A model generated the notes under the pieces. The model was not told where the DNA came from, did no database searches, and saw only the letters and a program-made list of their open reading frames with translations. From Dehalococcoidia bacterium (GTDB lineage Bacteria > Chloroflexota > Dehalococcoidia > Lucifugimonadales > UBA2985), in the NCBI GenBank assembly GCA_034421015.1, contig DAOUKT010000013.1, positions 5,965-69,964 of the forward strand: a stretch of 64,000 nucleotides of DNA, written 5' to 3'. Below, in pieces: positions 25,214 to 34,908 of the stretch (position 1 is its first letter; every line of letters starts with the position of its first letter). Position numbers and translations under genes: made by a program.

Positions 25214-26353
25214 ATGAGGCCTCGAAGAGTTTCCAAGGCCATACAGGTGGGCGATGTCACCGTGGGGGGAAATGCCCCAATCACGGTCCAGTCCATGACC
25301 AAGACGGACACCCGTGACGTGGATGCCACGGTGCGCCAGATCAAGGAGTTGGAGGAGGTGGGCTGCGACATCATCCGGCCCGCCGTTCCTGACATGGAGG
25401 CGGCCCACGCCCTGCGGGAGATTGTGAAGCAGGTCAAGATACCCGTCATAGCCGACATCCATTTCCACTACCAGCTGGCCCTGGAGTCCATAGCGGCGGG
25501 AGTCGACGGCCTCCGCCTGAACCCGGGCAACATCCGGGACCGTGAGAAGGTTGAGATGGTGGTGCGCGCCGCCAAGGAGCGGCAGATTCCCATCCGCATT
25601 GGGGTCAACTTTGGAAGCCTCCCCCCCGTGGGGCAGATTGGCAAGTTTCGCGGGTTGCACAGGCACGCGGACGGCGTGAACAAGCTCGCCAAGGCGGGAG
25701 AGGCGGGCGAAGGCGAGTTCTCCGTAGTGGACCACATGGTGGCCACGGCGCTCTGGGAGATAAGCATCCTGGAGGAACTGGACTTCGACCTCATCAAGAT
25801 TTCGCTGAAGGCCTTTGACGTACCCACGACGGTGGAGGCCTACCGCAAGCTGGCCTACATGGTGCCCTATCCCCTGCACCTGGGCATCACGGAGTCGGGC
25901 ACGGCGATGGCCGGATCGATTCGCAGCTCCGTCGGCCTGGGCTACCTGCTCTACGAGGGCATCGGCGACACCATCCGGGTTTCCCTGAGCGCGGACTCCA
26001 AGGAGGAGGTCGCGGCCGGGTACGAGATACTGAAGTCGCTGAACATGCGTGAGAAGGGCACCACGCTCGTGGCCTGCCCCTCCTGCGGCCGCGCCGACGT
26101 GGACGTCATCAAGCTTGCCAACACGGTGGACGACCTGCTGAAGGCCAAGAACTACAACGTCAAGGTGGCGGTGATGGGCTGCGAGGTGAACGGCCCCGGC
26201 GAGGCCAAGGATGCGGACGTGGGCATAGCCGCCGGCGTGGGGCGCGCCATCATCTTCCGCAAAGGGCAGAAGTCCCGAATAGTGGAGGAGTCGGAGATGC
26301 TCTCCGCCCTGATGGAGGAGGTGGAGCTGGTGGCCGCGGGCCAGGAGGCGTAG
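25214..26353 (+). CDS. ispG: (E)-4-hydroxy-3-methylbut-2-enyl diphosphate synthase
   Basis: VQSMT.TDT.D, ADIHF, RLNPGNI, PLHLGITE.G, GIGDTIRVSL, CPSCGR and VMGC.VNGPGEA motifs. Confidence 0.98.
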   Translation: MRPRRVSKAIQVGDVTVGGNAPITVQSMTKTDTRDVDATVRQIKELEEVGCDIIRPAVPDMEAAHALREIVKQVKIPVIADIHFHYQLALESIAAGVDGLRLNPGNIRDREKVEMVVRAAKERQIPIRIGVNFGSLPPVGQIGKFRGLHRHADGVNKLAKAGEAGEGEFSVVDHMVATALWEISILEELDFDLIKISLKAFDVPTTVEAYRKLAYMVPYPLHLGITESGTAMAGSIRSSVGLGYLLYEGIGDTIRVSLSADSKEEVAAGYEILKSLNMREKGTTLVACPSCGRADVDVIKLANTVDDLLKAKNYNVKVAVMGCEVNGPGEAKDADVGIAAGVGRAIIFRKGQKSRIVEESEMLSALMEEVELVAAGQEA

Positions 26354-26361
26354 GGCTCCTC

Positions 26362-26386
26362 CCATTCCTGCGCAGGCAGGAATCCA
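26362..26386. repeat. Single CGTC-type REP at the core/accessory junction
   Basis: ccattcctgcgcaggcaggaatcca. Confidence 0.75.
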
Positions 26387-26434
26387 AACTCGGGAGTCAG
26401 AGGTTCCCTGCCCTCTTGGGTGGTTGATGCTGAT

Positions 26435-27553
26435 ATGACAAACCAGGAACAGGACAGGCTCCCTGACATTCTGGAAAAGGTCAGTGAGTTGGCCCGAAAG
26501 GCGTCAGGCGATGACTACCTGTACCGCGGAGAGCCTCAACGCTATAACGAAGTATCTTCGAGTCTTTTTCGGGAATATCCCGACATTGAGGCCGAGCGAT
26601 TCAATATAGAAGTTGTACAACAGGAGATCCTCGACGAGGCCAAAAGGTTCACCCGCGAGACCAACGATGACTTTATCCTTGAGCAGCTTCAGCACTTTGG
26701 TTATCCTACCAACCAGATCGACTTCACCAAGGATTACCTTATTGCCCTCTTCTTTGCCTGTGACGGACACCCGGAGGAAGACGGACGGGTTATTCTGCTG
26801 AGCAAGGCGGGCCGCGACGACCTCAAAGAACCAAAAACTCCGGCGAACCGCGTCATTTCCCAGAAGAGCGTATTCGTGAGACCGTCAAGTGGATTTATTG
26901 AAGCTGAAGATGCCGTTGTTATACCCAAGACTCTGAAGAGACCCATCCTTGAGTACCTGGACAAGAACCATGGCGTAAATGCCCCGGCCCTTTTCAATGA
27001 TATACACGGATTCATAAAATACTACACTGTTCATCGGAGTGCCTATGTGGACTTCCACACTGGCCTAACGTATGGGCGAAAAAAGGAATACAGCAAAGCT
27101 ATAGAACACTTTAGCAAAGCCATCGAGCGCAACCCACAAATGTTCCCGGCTTATGTTAATCGAGGCATCGCATACCGGTTTATGGGTAATTACATCTCTG
27201 CGATTAGGGACCACGAAAAGGCAATAGAATTGAACCCAAATTCCCCCCAAGCCTATAACAGCAAGGGTGTTACTTACCGGCAACAAGGCAGATACGAACT
27301 TGCGATTCAGGACTTCACCAAGGCAATTGAATTGAATTCAGACTATGGCACCGCCTATGGCAATCGAGGTTTGAGTTCGCTATTCTTGGGTGATTGGGGC
27401 AATGGCGAGTCAGACCTGTCTCGCGCACAGAGCCTAGGATTCAACATAGTTTCTGCTTTTTCCCGAGAGTTCGGCGGCGTCGCAGACTTTGAGCGGAATT
27501 TCAAAGTTCAATTTCCTGAAAACATTATGAAGATGCTTACGCATGAGCAGTGA
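26435..27553 (+). CDS. FRG-domain protein with C-terminal TPR repeats
   Basis: YLYRGE, QHFGYPT..IDFT.D..IALFFAC and R..SQKSVF FRG motifs; TPRs AI.HFSKAIE.NP, AY.NRG.AY; AT-richer than flanks. Alternative start GTG at 26420. Confidence 0.88.
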   Translation: MTNQEQDRLPDILEKVSELARKASGDDYLYRGEPQRYNEVSSSLFREYPDIEAERFNIEVVQQEILDEAKRFTRETNDDFILEQLQHFGYPTNQIDFTKDYLIALFFACDGHPEEDGRVILLSKAGRDDLKEPKTPANRVISQKSVFVRPSSGFIEAEDAVVIPKTLKRPILEYLDKNHGVNAPALFNDIHGFIKYYTVHRSAYVDFHTGLTYGRKKEYSKAIEHFSKAIERNPQMFPAYVNRGIAYRFMGNYISAIRDHEKAIELNPNSPQAYNSKGVTYRQQGRYELAIQDFTKAIELNSDYGTAYGNRGLSSLFLGDWGNGESDLSRAQSLGFNIVSAFSREFGGVADFERNFKVQFPENIMKMLTHEQ

Positions 27554-27596
27554 TGGCTAATGGAGTGCACAGATGGGTAGAGAACACCACTAGCGG

Positions 27597-28787
27597 GTGA
27601 GCAGCTCCATGAAGGCACTTCCAAGCCAGACAATGCTGCCCTTTGCTACGAGGATTGGTCTGGCCGTCTTGGTCATATCACTAATTTCAGCCTCTACTCC
27701 TACGCTTCCACGTGCTCTTGCACAAGATACCTCCGCGGACCGCGCCGCGTTGGTTGCGCTCTACAACGCCACAAATGGCCCAAACTGGAAGGATAATACA
27801 AACTGGCTGAGCGACGCGCCGATAAGCGAATGGTACGGCGTGACAACCAACGCTGATGGCCGCGTAACTGAATTGTTCCTCTTTGATAACTGGCTGAATG
27901 GTGAGATACCGCCTGAGTTGGGCAATCTTACCAATCTGTCATTGCTGTGGCTCATGGATAACCGTCTGAGCGGGGAGATACCGCTCGAACTTAGCAAACT
28001 ATCCAAACTTTCAGTCTTGGTTCTCTTAGGGAATCAATTGAGTGGGGAGATACCTCCTGAACTAGTTAGACTCACAAACCTGACTTGGCTATCTCTTGAT
28101 GCCAACCAACTGAGCGGGGAGATACCGCTGGAGTTATCCAAACTCACTAACTTGGTCGACCTTGGCCTCTCGGAGAACCTTTTGAGCGGGGAGGTGCCAC
28201 CGGAGTTGGCCAGCCTCTCCAAACTTGAAACTCTGGCGCTTAGCAACAACCAGTTGACTGGGGAGATACCGTCAGAGGTGGGCAGCCTACTCAATTTGGC
28301 ACACCTGTTCCTAAACAATAATCAGTTGAGCGGGGAGATACCATCTGAGTTGGGAAGCCTCACCAACTTGAGAGTGCTGTGGCTCTCGGAGAACCGTCTG
28401 AACGGGGAGATACCACCTGAGTTAAGTAATCTCTCCAAGCTGACAGTCCTGAATCTCGCAGGGAACCGATTGACTGGTTGCATTCCTCGTAGTTTGCAGA
28501 CGGTACAGCACAATGACCTTACAGACCTCGGAATGCTGTTCTGTGGCGTGGAGGCTCCAACATCTGCGCCTACCCCAATCTCTACACCCATATCCACAGC
28601 CACAGCCGCGCCCGCGCCGACACCTACACCCTCTATTGAGAGGGGTTTCTTCTTCAACTCAAATCCCAGCCAGAGAACCCCGGAAACGGAGAGGTCTTTT
28701 AACCTCTTGGATCCGGTGACACTATCCCTGATCGGCATAATCCTGACCCTGATTGCCACCAGTATTCAACTCTTCAAAGGAAGGTAG
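27597..28787 (+). CDS. Secreted leucine-rich-repeat protein (plant-receptor-like LRR) with C-terminal TM anchor
   Basis: Signal peptide ending ALA-Q; DRAALVALYNAT.G.NW cap; about eight 24-aa L..L.L..NxLSGEIPxELxxL repeats; PT linker; terminal TM. Confidence 0.92.
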   Translation: MSSSMKALPSQTMLPFATRIGLAVLVISLISASTPTLPRALAQDTSADRAALVALYNATNGPNWKDNTNWLSDAPISEWYGVTTNADGRVTELFLFDNWLNGEIPPELGNLTNLSLLWLMDNRLSGEIPLELSKLSKLSVLVLLGNQLSGEIPPELVRLTNLTWLSLDANQLSGEIPLELSKLTNLVDLGLSENLLSGEVPPELASLSKLETLALSNNQLTGEIPSEVGSLLNLAHLFLNNNQLSGEIPSELGSLTNLRVLWLSENRLNGEIPPELSNLSKLTVLNLAGNRLTGCIPRSLQTVQHNDLTDLGMLFCGVEAPTSAPTPISTPISTATAAPAPTPTPSIERGFFFNSNPSQRTPETERSFNLLDPVTLSLIGIILTLIATSIQLFKGR

Positions 28788-28789
28788 AG

Positions 28790-29422
28790 ATGACTGCCGC
28801 AGTTCGGATAGCGATAAATCTGTTGGTCGGCTTGCCGTTCTTCGTCACGGGCGTCCTTGCCCTCACAAACGAAGATATACCTTGGCAGGCGTCACTTGCA
28901 GTCATACTCGTCGGGGTATTCGTAGTCCTGGTAGGCGTGTACGTCAACATACTGTCTCGACCTCGTCTGAACCCCATGTCGGATGAAGAAATACTCGTGC
29001 TGCGGCATCCATCAATGAAGCCTGCCTTCGTACGAATAGCCATGAGCGGTCCCTTTTTCGCGGCCTCCGGCTATATGCTGGAGTTCACGTTGCTGCCTTA
29101 CGTCTATCCGTTCATCCCGTTCCTTATTGCCATGTACCTGTACTTCAGAGGAGTCATCAAGTATTGGATAAATCACCAGACTACTTACTACGTGACCAAC
29201 CGCCGCGCAGTGCACATGTACCGATTCGCGTGGCTGGACACGACTGAGATACCTGTGAATGCAATCAACTCCATCTCGGAGACCAGGAGCTTTGTTGAGA
29301 TGATATCCGGCAGAGGAAGCGTGCAGGTAGCCAGCGGCATCGGCGCTCGTCACAAGGTGGGTATGCAGGAGATGGATAACCCTGGCCCGGTGGCAGAGAC
29401 ACTTCGCCAGCTAATGCCTTAA
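28790..29422 (+). CDS. Membrane protein with C-terminal bacterial PH domain
   Basis: Four hydrophobic segments, then TTYYVTNRR....R......EIP...I..I......E...G.GSV (bPH_2-like). Confidence 0.75.
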   Translation: MTAAVRIAINLLVGLPFFVTGVLALTNEDIPWQASLAVILVGVFVVLVGVYVNILSRPRLNPMSDEEILVLRHPSMKPAFVRIAMSGPFFAASGYMLEFTLLPYVYPFIPFLIAMYLYFRGVIKYWINHQTTYYVTNRRAVHMYRFAWLDTTEIPVNAINSISETRSFVEMISGRGSVQVASGIGARHKVGMQEMDNPGPVAETLRQLMP

Positions 29423-29438
29423 GCGCCGCATGGGGTCG

Positions 29439-31529
29439 TTACAGCGGCAGAACAGTCACAGGCCCCGCGCCTGCATCCTCCGAGCCTTCAAGCTGAGCGG
29501 CTAGGTCGTCAGGCTCCGTGACGGGCAGCTGGCAGGCGTAGTTCTGGCAGACGTAGGCCGTCGGCATACCGGCCAGAGCCACCTTATCCTCCAGCAGTGG
29601 CAGGTCCCGCTCAAAGCCATCGGAGTCCGGGTCCAGGCCCATCACAACCTTGTTTGGCAGGTATCGATCGTGCACCGTGTCCAGCAGGGCCATTGTGCCG
29701 GCGTCCTCCGCCGACCCTACAATCGCTATCTCTCTGGGCGACGCCAGGTAGAAGTCCAGCGCGCCCAGCCAGTGGCCGAACCCCTCCGGCACGCGGGTCA
29801 TGTAATCCCGCACCGACCTCAGGGCCGAGGCGGCCTTCCGCCCGAAGTCCGGCTCGTCCATGAAGATGTTCAGCCGCAGGAGCACGTCCGCCGCCGCCGA
29901 GCTTCCGCAGGGGACGGCGTTGTCGCTGAAGTCCCGGGGGCGGACAACCAGGGTCTCGTGGTCCGTGCCGGTGTCGTAGAAGACGCCGTCCTTTTCGTCC
30001 CAGAACAGGTCAATCATCTGCCGGGCCAGCGTGTCGGCCTCGCCCAGCCAGCGGGAGTCCAGGGTGGCCTCATACAGGGCCAGCAGCCCGTCGATGAGGT
30101 GGGCGTAGTCCTCCAGGTACGCCTTCAGCCTGGCCTCGCCGTCCTTGCAGGTGCGGAGCAGCCGCCCGCCGTCTCGCATGTTGGACAGGACGAAGTCGGC
30201 GTTGGCGACCGCCGCCTGCAGGTAGTCCTCGTGGCCGAGGACGACGGCGCCCAGGGCGAAGGCGTGCAGCATCAGGCCGTTCCAGGACGCCAGTATCTTG
30301 TCGTCCGTGGCGGGCGGAACGCGCTTTGCCCGCTCCGCAAAGAGCAGCCCCTTGCCGCGCTCCACCACCTCCGACAGCTCCTCCTCGGAGATGCCATGCT
30401 CCTGCGACACCTGGGACGGGCTCTTTGGCCGGTAGAGTATGCTCCGCCCCTCAAAGTTTCCCTCGTGGGTGACGCCGTAGAAGCTCTGCAGGATGCCGGC
30501 GTCTCGCGGCCCAAGGACGGCCTCCATCTCCCGGGGCGTCCAGACAAAGAACTTGCCCTCCTCGCCCTCGCTGTCGGCGTCCTGGGAGGAGTAGAAACCG
30601 CCGTCGGGGTGGGTCATCTCCCTCAGCACGTAGTCCAGGGTCTCCTCCGCAACCTCCCTGTACAGGTCATCACCTGTGGCCTGGTAGGCGTGGAGGTACA
30701 GGCGGCTGAGAAGGGCGTTGTCGTACAGCATCTTCTCAAAGTGGGGCACCAGCCAGAATGGGTCGGTGGAGTAGCGATGGAACCCGCCTCCCAGCTGGTC
30801 GTAGATTCCGCCCCGTGCCATGCGCCTCAGCGTGGCCTCTACCATGCTTAGCGACTGGCGCTGTCCCGTCAGGAGGTGGTGGCGAAGGAGGAACTCCAGC
30901 ACCATCGGCTGCGGGAACTTGGGCGCCGCGCCGAAGCCGCCGTGCTCCGGGTCAAAGTTTGCGCTCAGGCTGCCGAAGGCGGCGGTTAGTATGTCCCGGG
31001 TCAGTGGCTCCATTCCCTGGGCGGAGGCGACCGACCTCTGCATCGCCGCCGTGACCTGCTCCGCCGAACGCGCGATGTCGGGACGGCGGTCCCTGTAGGC
31101 TTCGGCCAGGGCCAGCAGCACCCTTGGGAAGCCGGGCATCCCTTGACGGTCGTCCGGCGGGAAGTATGTGCCTCCGTAGAACGGCTCCCCGGCCGGCGTG
31201 AGGAACATGGACATCGGCCATCCGCCGCGGCCTGTCATCGCCTGCACCGCGCCCATGTAGATCGAGTCCAGGTCCGGGCGCTCCTCCCGGTCCACCTTTA
31301 TGTTGACGAAGCGCTCGTTCATTATCGCGGCGATTTCGTCGTTCTCGAAAGACTCTCGCTCCATGACGTGGCACCAGTGGCACGCCGAGTAGCCGATGCT
31401 GAGGAAGATTGGCTTGTCCTCCTCCCGGGCCTTCTGCAGGGCTTCCTCACCCCAGGGGTACCAGTCCACGGGGTTATTGGCGTGCTGCACCAGGTAGGGG
31501 CTGGTCTCGTTGATAAGTCTGTTGGGCAT
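29439..31529 (-). CDS. yyaL: Thioredoxin-domain protein, YyaL/SPATA20 family
   Basis: [44 protein letters not shown] and AYVC.NY.C.LP motifs. Confidence 0.93.
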   Translation of the reverse strand: MPNRLINETSPYLVQHANNPVDWYPWGEEALQKAREEDKPIFLSIGYSACHWCHVMERESFENDEIAAIMNERFVNIKVDREERPDLDSIYMGAVQAMTGRGGWPMSMFLTPAGEPFYGGTYFPPDDRQGMPGFPRVLLALAEAYRDRRPDIARSAEQVTAAMQRSVASAQGMEPLTRDILTAAFGSLSANFDPEHGGFGAAPKFPQPMVLEFLLRHHLLTGQRQSLSMVEATLRRMARGGIYDQLGGGFHRYSTDPFWLVPHFEKMLYDNALLSRLYLHAYQATGDDLYREVAEETLDYVLREMTHPDGGFYSSQDADSEGEEGKFFVWTPREMEAVLGPRDAGILQSFYGVTHEGNFEGRSILYRPKSPSQVSQEHGISEEELSEVVERGKGLLFAERAKRVPPATDDKILASWNGLMLHAFALGAVVLGHEDYLQAAVANADFVLSNMRDGGRLLRTCKDGEARLKAYLEDYAHLIDGLLALYEATLDSRWLGEADTLARQMIDLFWDEKDGVFYDTGTDHETLVVRPRDFSDNAVPCGSSAAADVLLRLNIFMDEPDFGRKAASALRSVRDYMTRVPEGFGHWLGALDFYLASPREIAIVGSAEDAGTMALLDTVHDRYLPNKVVMGLDPDSDGFERDLPLLEDKVALAGMPTAYVCQNYACQLPVTEPDDLAAQLEGSEDAGAGPVTVLPL

Positions 31530-31644
31530 GTGCTTGCTCCGGGGAAGATGGGTGCATTATATGCGGTTTGCAGGCGGGTAGGCTACCTGCGGGATGGAGC
31601 GCCTGGGCCGGTGGCCCTTCGGACACGAGGCGGTGTAGGGGCGC

Positions 31645-32631
31645 TCACCCGCTCCCGTACCTGCGCGTGTACGCCCTGAGCGCCTCTCTGTGCCGCGCCT
31701 CCTTCTCGTCCCTCAGGTGGTCTGTGCCCATGCCCAGCGCCGCGGCTTCGATATATTCAGCCGCGGCCTCAATCGGGGCGTACAGCCGCTGGGCCCACAG
31801 GCAGGTCTCGAAGCGCTGGGTGAACTCCGCGTCCGGCCGGCGCTGCAGCAGGTCTTCGAGGGACGCGTCGGGGTTCAGCTCCATAATTGGCTCCAGCAGT
31901 ACGGCGAACTCCAGGGCCGGGTCTCCCAGGGCAAGATCGTCCCAGTCGACAATGCGCAACCGGCCGTCGTCCGCGAGCAGGATGTTGCCCCGCCACAGGT
32001 CTCCGTGCACCGGCGAAGTAACACTTGCCGAGAACGCCTCCATTCCGGCGACCTCGGCCTCGACTCTGAGACTCTCATCTCGCATCCACCGGAGAGTGTC
32101 CCCTGACACAAAGTCGGGTGTCTGCGTCTCTATCATCGCCAGGTCCCTTCGGATCCTCCGCCTCCACACCCCGTTGAAATAGTCCTTGCACGCGCCATCC
32201 GGAGAGAATCGCCGGAGTTGCTTCCGCAGCTCTTCGTCCTCGTGCAGCCCGTGGACCATGTCGATCACCCCAGGAGCCAGGTGGGGTTGCGCGCCATATT
32301 CCCAGACGCGTCCGTGAATGTGCTCGCACAGGAGGCCGCTGAACTCCGTCCCCGGCACGTCGATCCAGTCCAACACTCGGGGCGCGCGATAACTCCCGTA
32401 AAGCATCTGGCCCAGGCTGTGCCACTTGCGCAGCTTGGCCAGATGGTCCGGGATGTGCGCCAGCTTCAGGTGGTACGCGACCTCGCCTTCGGAGATGGTG
32501 AAATAACGCCTGTGAAGGCTCCCGCCGTAGGACCTGTACTCGATGGTTATGCCCTTCCCCTGCAGCCCGTAGCGCGGCGCGCTGCTGTCGAAGTGGTCAC
32601 TGACTCTCTGGGCAAGCTGCTCCGGTTGCAT
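31645..32631 (-). CDS. Aminoglycoside/choline phosphotransferase (APH-like kinase) family protein
   Basis: HGDLWRGNIL catalytic loop and IVDWD metal motif. Confidence 0.8.
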   Translation of the reverse strand: MQPEQLAQRVSDHFDSSAPRYGLQGKGITIEYRSYGGSLHRRYFTISEGEVAYHLKLAHIPDHLAKLRKWHSLGQMLYGSYRAPRVLDWIDVPGTEFSGLLCEHIHGRVWEYGAQPHLAPGVIDMVHGLHEDEELRKQLRRFSPDGACKDYFNGVWRRRIRRDLAMIETQTPDFVSGDTLRWMRDESLRVEAEVAGMEAFSASVTSPVHGDLWRGNILLADDGRLRIVDWDDLALGDPALEFAVLLEPIMELNPDASLEDLLQRRPDAEFTQRFETCLWAQRLYAPIEAAAEYIEAAALGMGTDHLRDEKEARHREALRAYTRRYGSG

Positions 32632-32716
32632 ATCAGGGGTCTGCCGGAAGCGACGCCAAGTCGCTCAGGGGATGATCGTGTCTGCTCGCCATGCGCCCTG
32701 TGAGGCGTCGTTTTCC

Positions 32717-32745
32717 TTGACCGACCAAGGCTTGTATTATACAAT
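32717..32745 (+). promoter_or_regulatory. Sigma70 promoter of coaE operon
   Basis: TTGACC-N17-TACAAT. Confidence 0.7.
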
Positions 32746-32759
32746 CCTCTTTACGCGAT

Positions 32760-33389
32760 ATGAATGGGGGAAGTATGGTAGTTATTGGGCTAGCTGGCGG
32801 GATTGGAACCGGAAAGAGCGAGGTGGCCCGCATTCTGGGAGAGTTGGGAGCGGCTGTTCTGGAGGCCGACAGGATGGGGCATGCGGTGTATCTTCCCGAT
32901 ACGGACGGATTCCGCGAAGTTGTGGCGACGTTCGGCGATGACGTTGTGGGAGAGAACGGGGAGATCGACCGGCGCGTTCTGGGATCAAAGGTGTTTGGAA
33001 ACCCGGAGGCCATGGAGAAGCTGAACCAGATAGCGTGGCCCCGGATAAAGCAGATGCTGGCGGACGGCATCAAGGAGCAGCAGGCGGCCGGAGCGCAGGT
33101 AATCGTGATGGACGCTGCCATCATGATCGAGGCCGGCTGGACGGACCTCAGCGACGAAGTGTGGGTGACCTCCGCGCCCATCGAGCATGTGATACAGCGC
33201 GTGCAGGCCAGGAACAACCTGACGGAGGAGCAGATACGCTCCCGGGTGAACTCCCAGATGTCGACCGAGGAACGCGTCAAGCACGCGCACGCCGTGGTGG
33301 AGAACGACGGCGGCCTTGAGGACCTGCAGAACAAGGTCAAGGAACTGTGGCAAAATCGACTGGTAAGCAAAGGCCTGGTAGGGGGGTAA
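32760..33389 (+). CDS. coaE: Dephospho-CoA kinase
   Basis: [24 protein letters not shown] and R..SQM motifs. Start may be 32775. Confidence 0.95.
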   Translation: MNGGSMVVIGLAGGIGTGKSEVARILGELGAAVLEADRMGHAVYLPDTDGFREVVATFGDDVVGENGEIDRRVLGSKVFGNPEAMEKLNQIAWPRIKQMLADGIKEQQAAGAQVIVMDAAIMIEAGWTDLSDEVWVTSAPIEHVIQRVQARNNLTEEQIRSRVNSQMSTEERVKHAHAVVENDGGLEDLQNKVKELWQNRLVSKGLVGG

Positions 33390-33390
33390 A

Positions 33391-34278
33391 ATGACCATTT
33401 ACGATTCTTACACGTCTTACCGGGTGGAGGAGTACGTAATTCAGGAGGAGCCGTTCTATCTGCCAGTGTCGGACGAGATAGAGCTCTTTGAGGTGGCCTA
33501 CCAGCAGAACCTGCCGGTGCTCCTGAAGGGGCCCACGGGCACGGGGAAGACACGCTTTGTGGAGTACATGTCCTACCGGCTGGGTCGCCCCGTGACCAAG
33601 GTGACGCCTCAGCGCGGAAATGGACAGCAGGACGAGCAGAAGGGCATTCCTCTGATGACCATCGCCTGCCACGAGGACCTGACGGCCAGTGACCTGGTGG
33701 GCCGCTACCTGCTGGAGGGCGACGAGACTCGCTGGGTGGACGGGCCACTGGCCCGGGCAGTGAAGGCCGGCGCCATCTGCTACCTTGACGAGATCGTTGA
33801 GGCCAGGAAGGACACCACGGTCCTCATTCACCCCCTCACGGACCACCGCAGGATCCTGCCCATCGACAAGCGGGGTGAGGTGCTGGAGGCCCACGACGGA
33901 TTCCAGCTTGTGGTCTCCTACAACCCGGGCTACCAGAGCGCGCTGAAGGACCTGAAGCACAGCACGCGCCAGCGGTTCATGGCGATGGAGCTGACCCACC
34001 CGCCGGCTGACCTTGAAGCCAAGATCATCCAGCACGAGAGCGGCGTTTCAGAAGACGTCTCGGTCCAGCTGGCCAAGCTCGCCGAGAAGGCCCGGAACCT
34101 CAAGGACCACGGCCTCCAGGAGGGCGTTGGCACCAGGCTGCTCATCTACGCCGGCAAGCTGATTGCCAAGGGCATCGCGCCCAGGCGGGCGTGCCAGGTG
34201 GCGGTGACCTGGGCCCTCACGGACGACCAGCAGGTGCAGCGCAGCGTGGACGAGGTGGTCTACTCCATATTCGAGTAG
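33391..34278 (+). CDS. CbbQ/NirQ/NorQ-type MoxR AAA+ ATPase
   Basis: [61 protein letters not shown] and TR.LIYA motifs. Confidence 0.95.
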   Translation: MTIYDSYTSYRVEEYVIQEEPFYLPVSDEIELFEVAYQQNLPVLLKGPTGTGKTRFVEYMSYRLGRPVTKVTPQRGNGQQDEQKGIPLMTIACHEDLTASDLVGRYLLEGDETRWVDGPLARAVKAGAICYLDEIVEARKDTTVLIHPLTDHRRILPIDKRGEVLEAHDGFQLVVSYNPGYQSALKDLKHSTRQRFMAMELTHPPADLEAKIIQHESGVSEDVSVQLAKLAEKARNLKDHGLQEGVGTRLLIYAGKLIAKGIAPRRACQVAVTWALTDDQQVQRSVDEVVYSIFE

Positions 34279-34280
34279 GG

Positions 34281-34901
34281 CTGTCCGGCAGAGAACGGAC
34301 TGTCCAGGAGTTTGTCATAAACAAGCTAGAACTGGCTATAGATTCCATCAGGGAGTCCCTAAGCCAAGCCGAAGTTGTCGAACATGCCGAAGATCACGGC
34401 TTGACCTCCGCGGGTGTTCTGCTCCTGCTATACCCCAAGGATGGGGAGCTTCGCATACTGCTCAACAAGCGCACGAACCAGGTTGAGCATCACAAGGGAG
34501 AGATTTCCTTTCCGGGCGGCGCCCGGGACCCGGAAGACGAGTCCCTTCTGGACACCGCCCTGAGGGAGACACAGGAGGAGATGGGCATTCTGCGGCAGGA
34601 CGTGGACGTCATCTGTCCGCTGAGCCAGGTCTCCACCAGGAGCGGGTTTGCCATCTCCCCATTTGTGGGGACGATTCCCCCAGGCTACCCATTCGCCTCC
34701 AGCAACCTGGAGGTGGCCGAGATCCTGGAGGTCCCACTGGCGGGACTCCTCAATCCGGCGAATTTGCAGGAGCGGGTGAGCGTCCGGGACGACGTGCCGG
34801 TTGTTGACCTTGCCTATGCCTACGGAGAGCACCTTATTTGGGGCGCGACGGCCCGTATTTTGACCCAGTTTCTGGGGCTTGTGGCCCCAGCTATGCGGTA
34901 G
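34281..34901 (+). CDS. Nudix CoA pyrophosphatase (NudL-like); start codon uncertain (~34281-34335)
   Basis: HKGEISFPGG, ALRETQEEMG Nudix box, EVAEI..VPL and IWGATARIL motifs. Confidence 0.88.
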   Translation: MSGRERTVQEFVINKLELAIDSIRESLSQAEVVEHAEDHGLTSAGVLLLLYPKDGELRILLNKRTNQVEHHKGEISFPGGARDPEDESLLDTALRETQEEMGILRQDVDVICPLSQVSTRSGFAISPFVGTIPPGYPFASSNLEVAEILEVPLAGLLNPANLQERVSVRDDVPVVDLAYAYGEHLIWGATARILTQFLGLVAPAMR

Positions 34902-34908
34902 GTGAATT

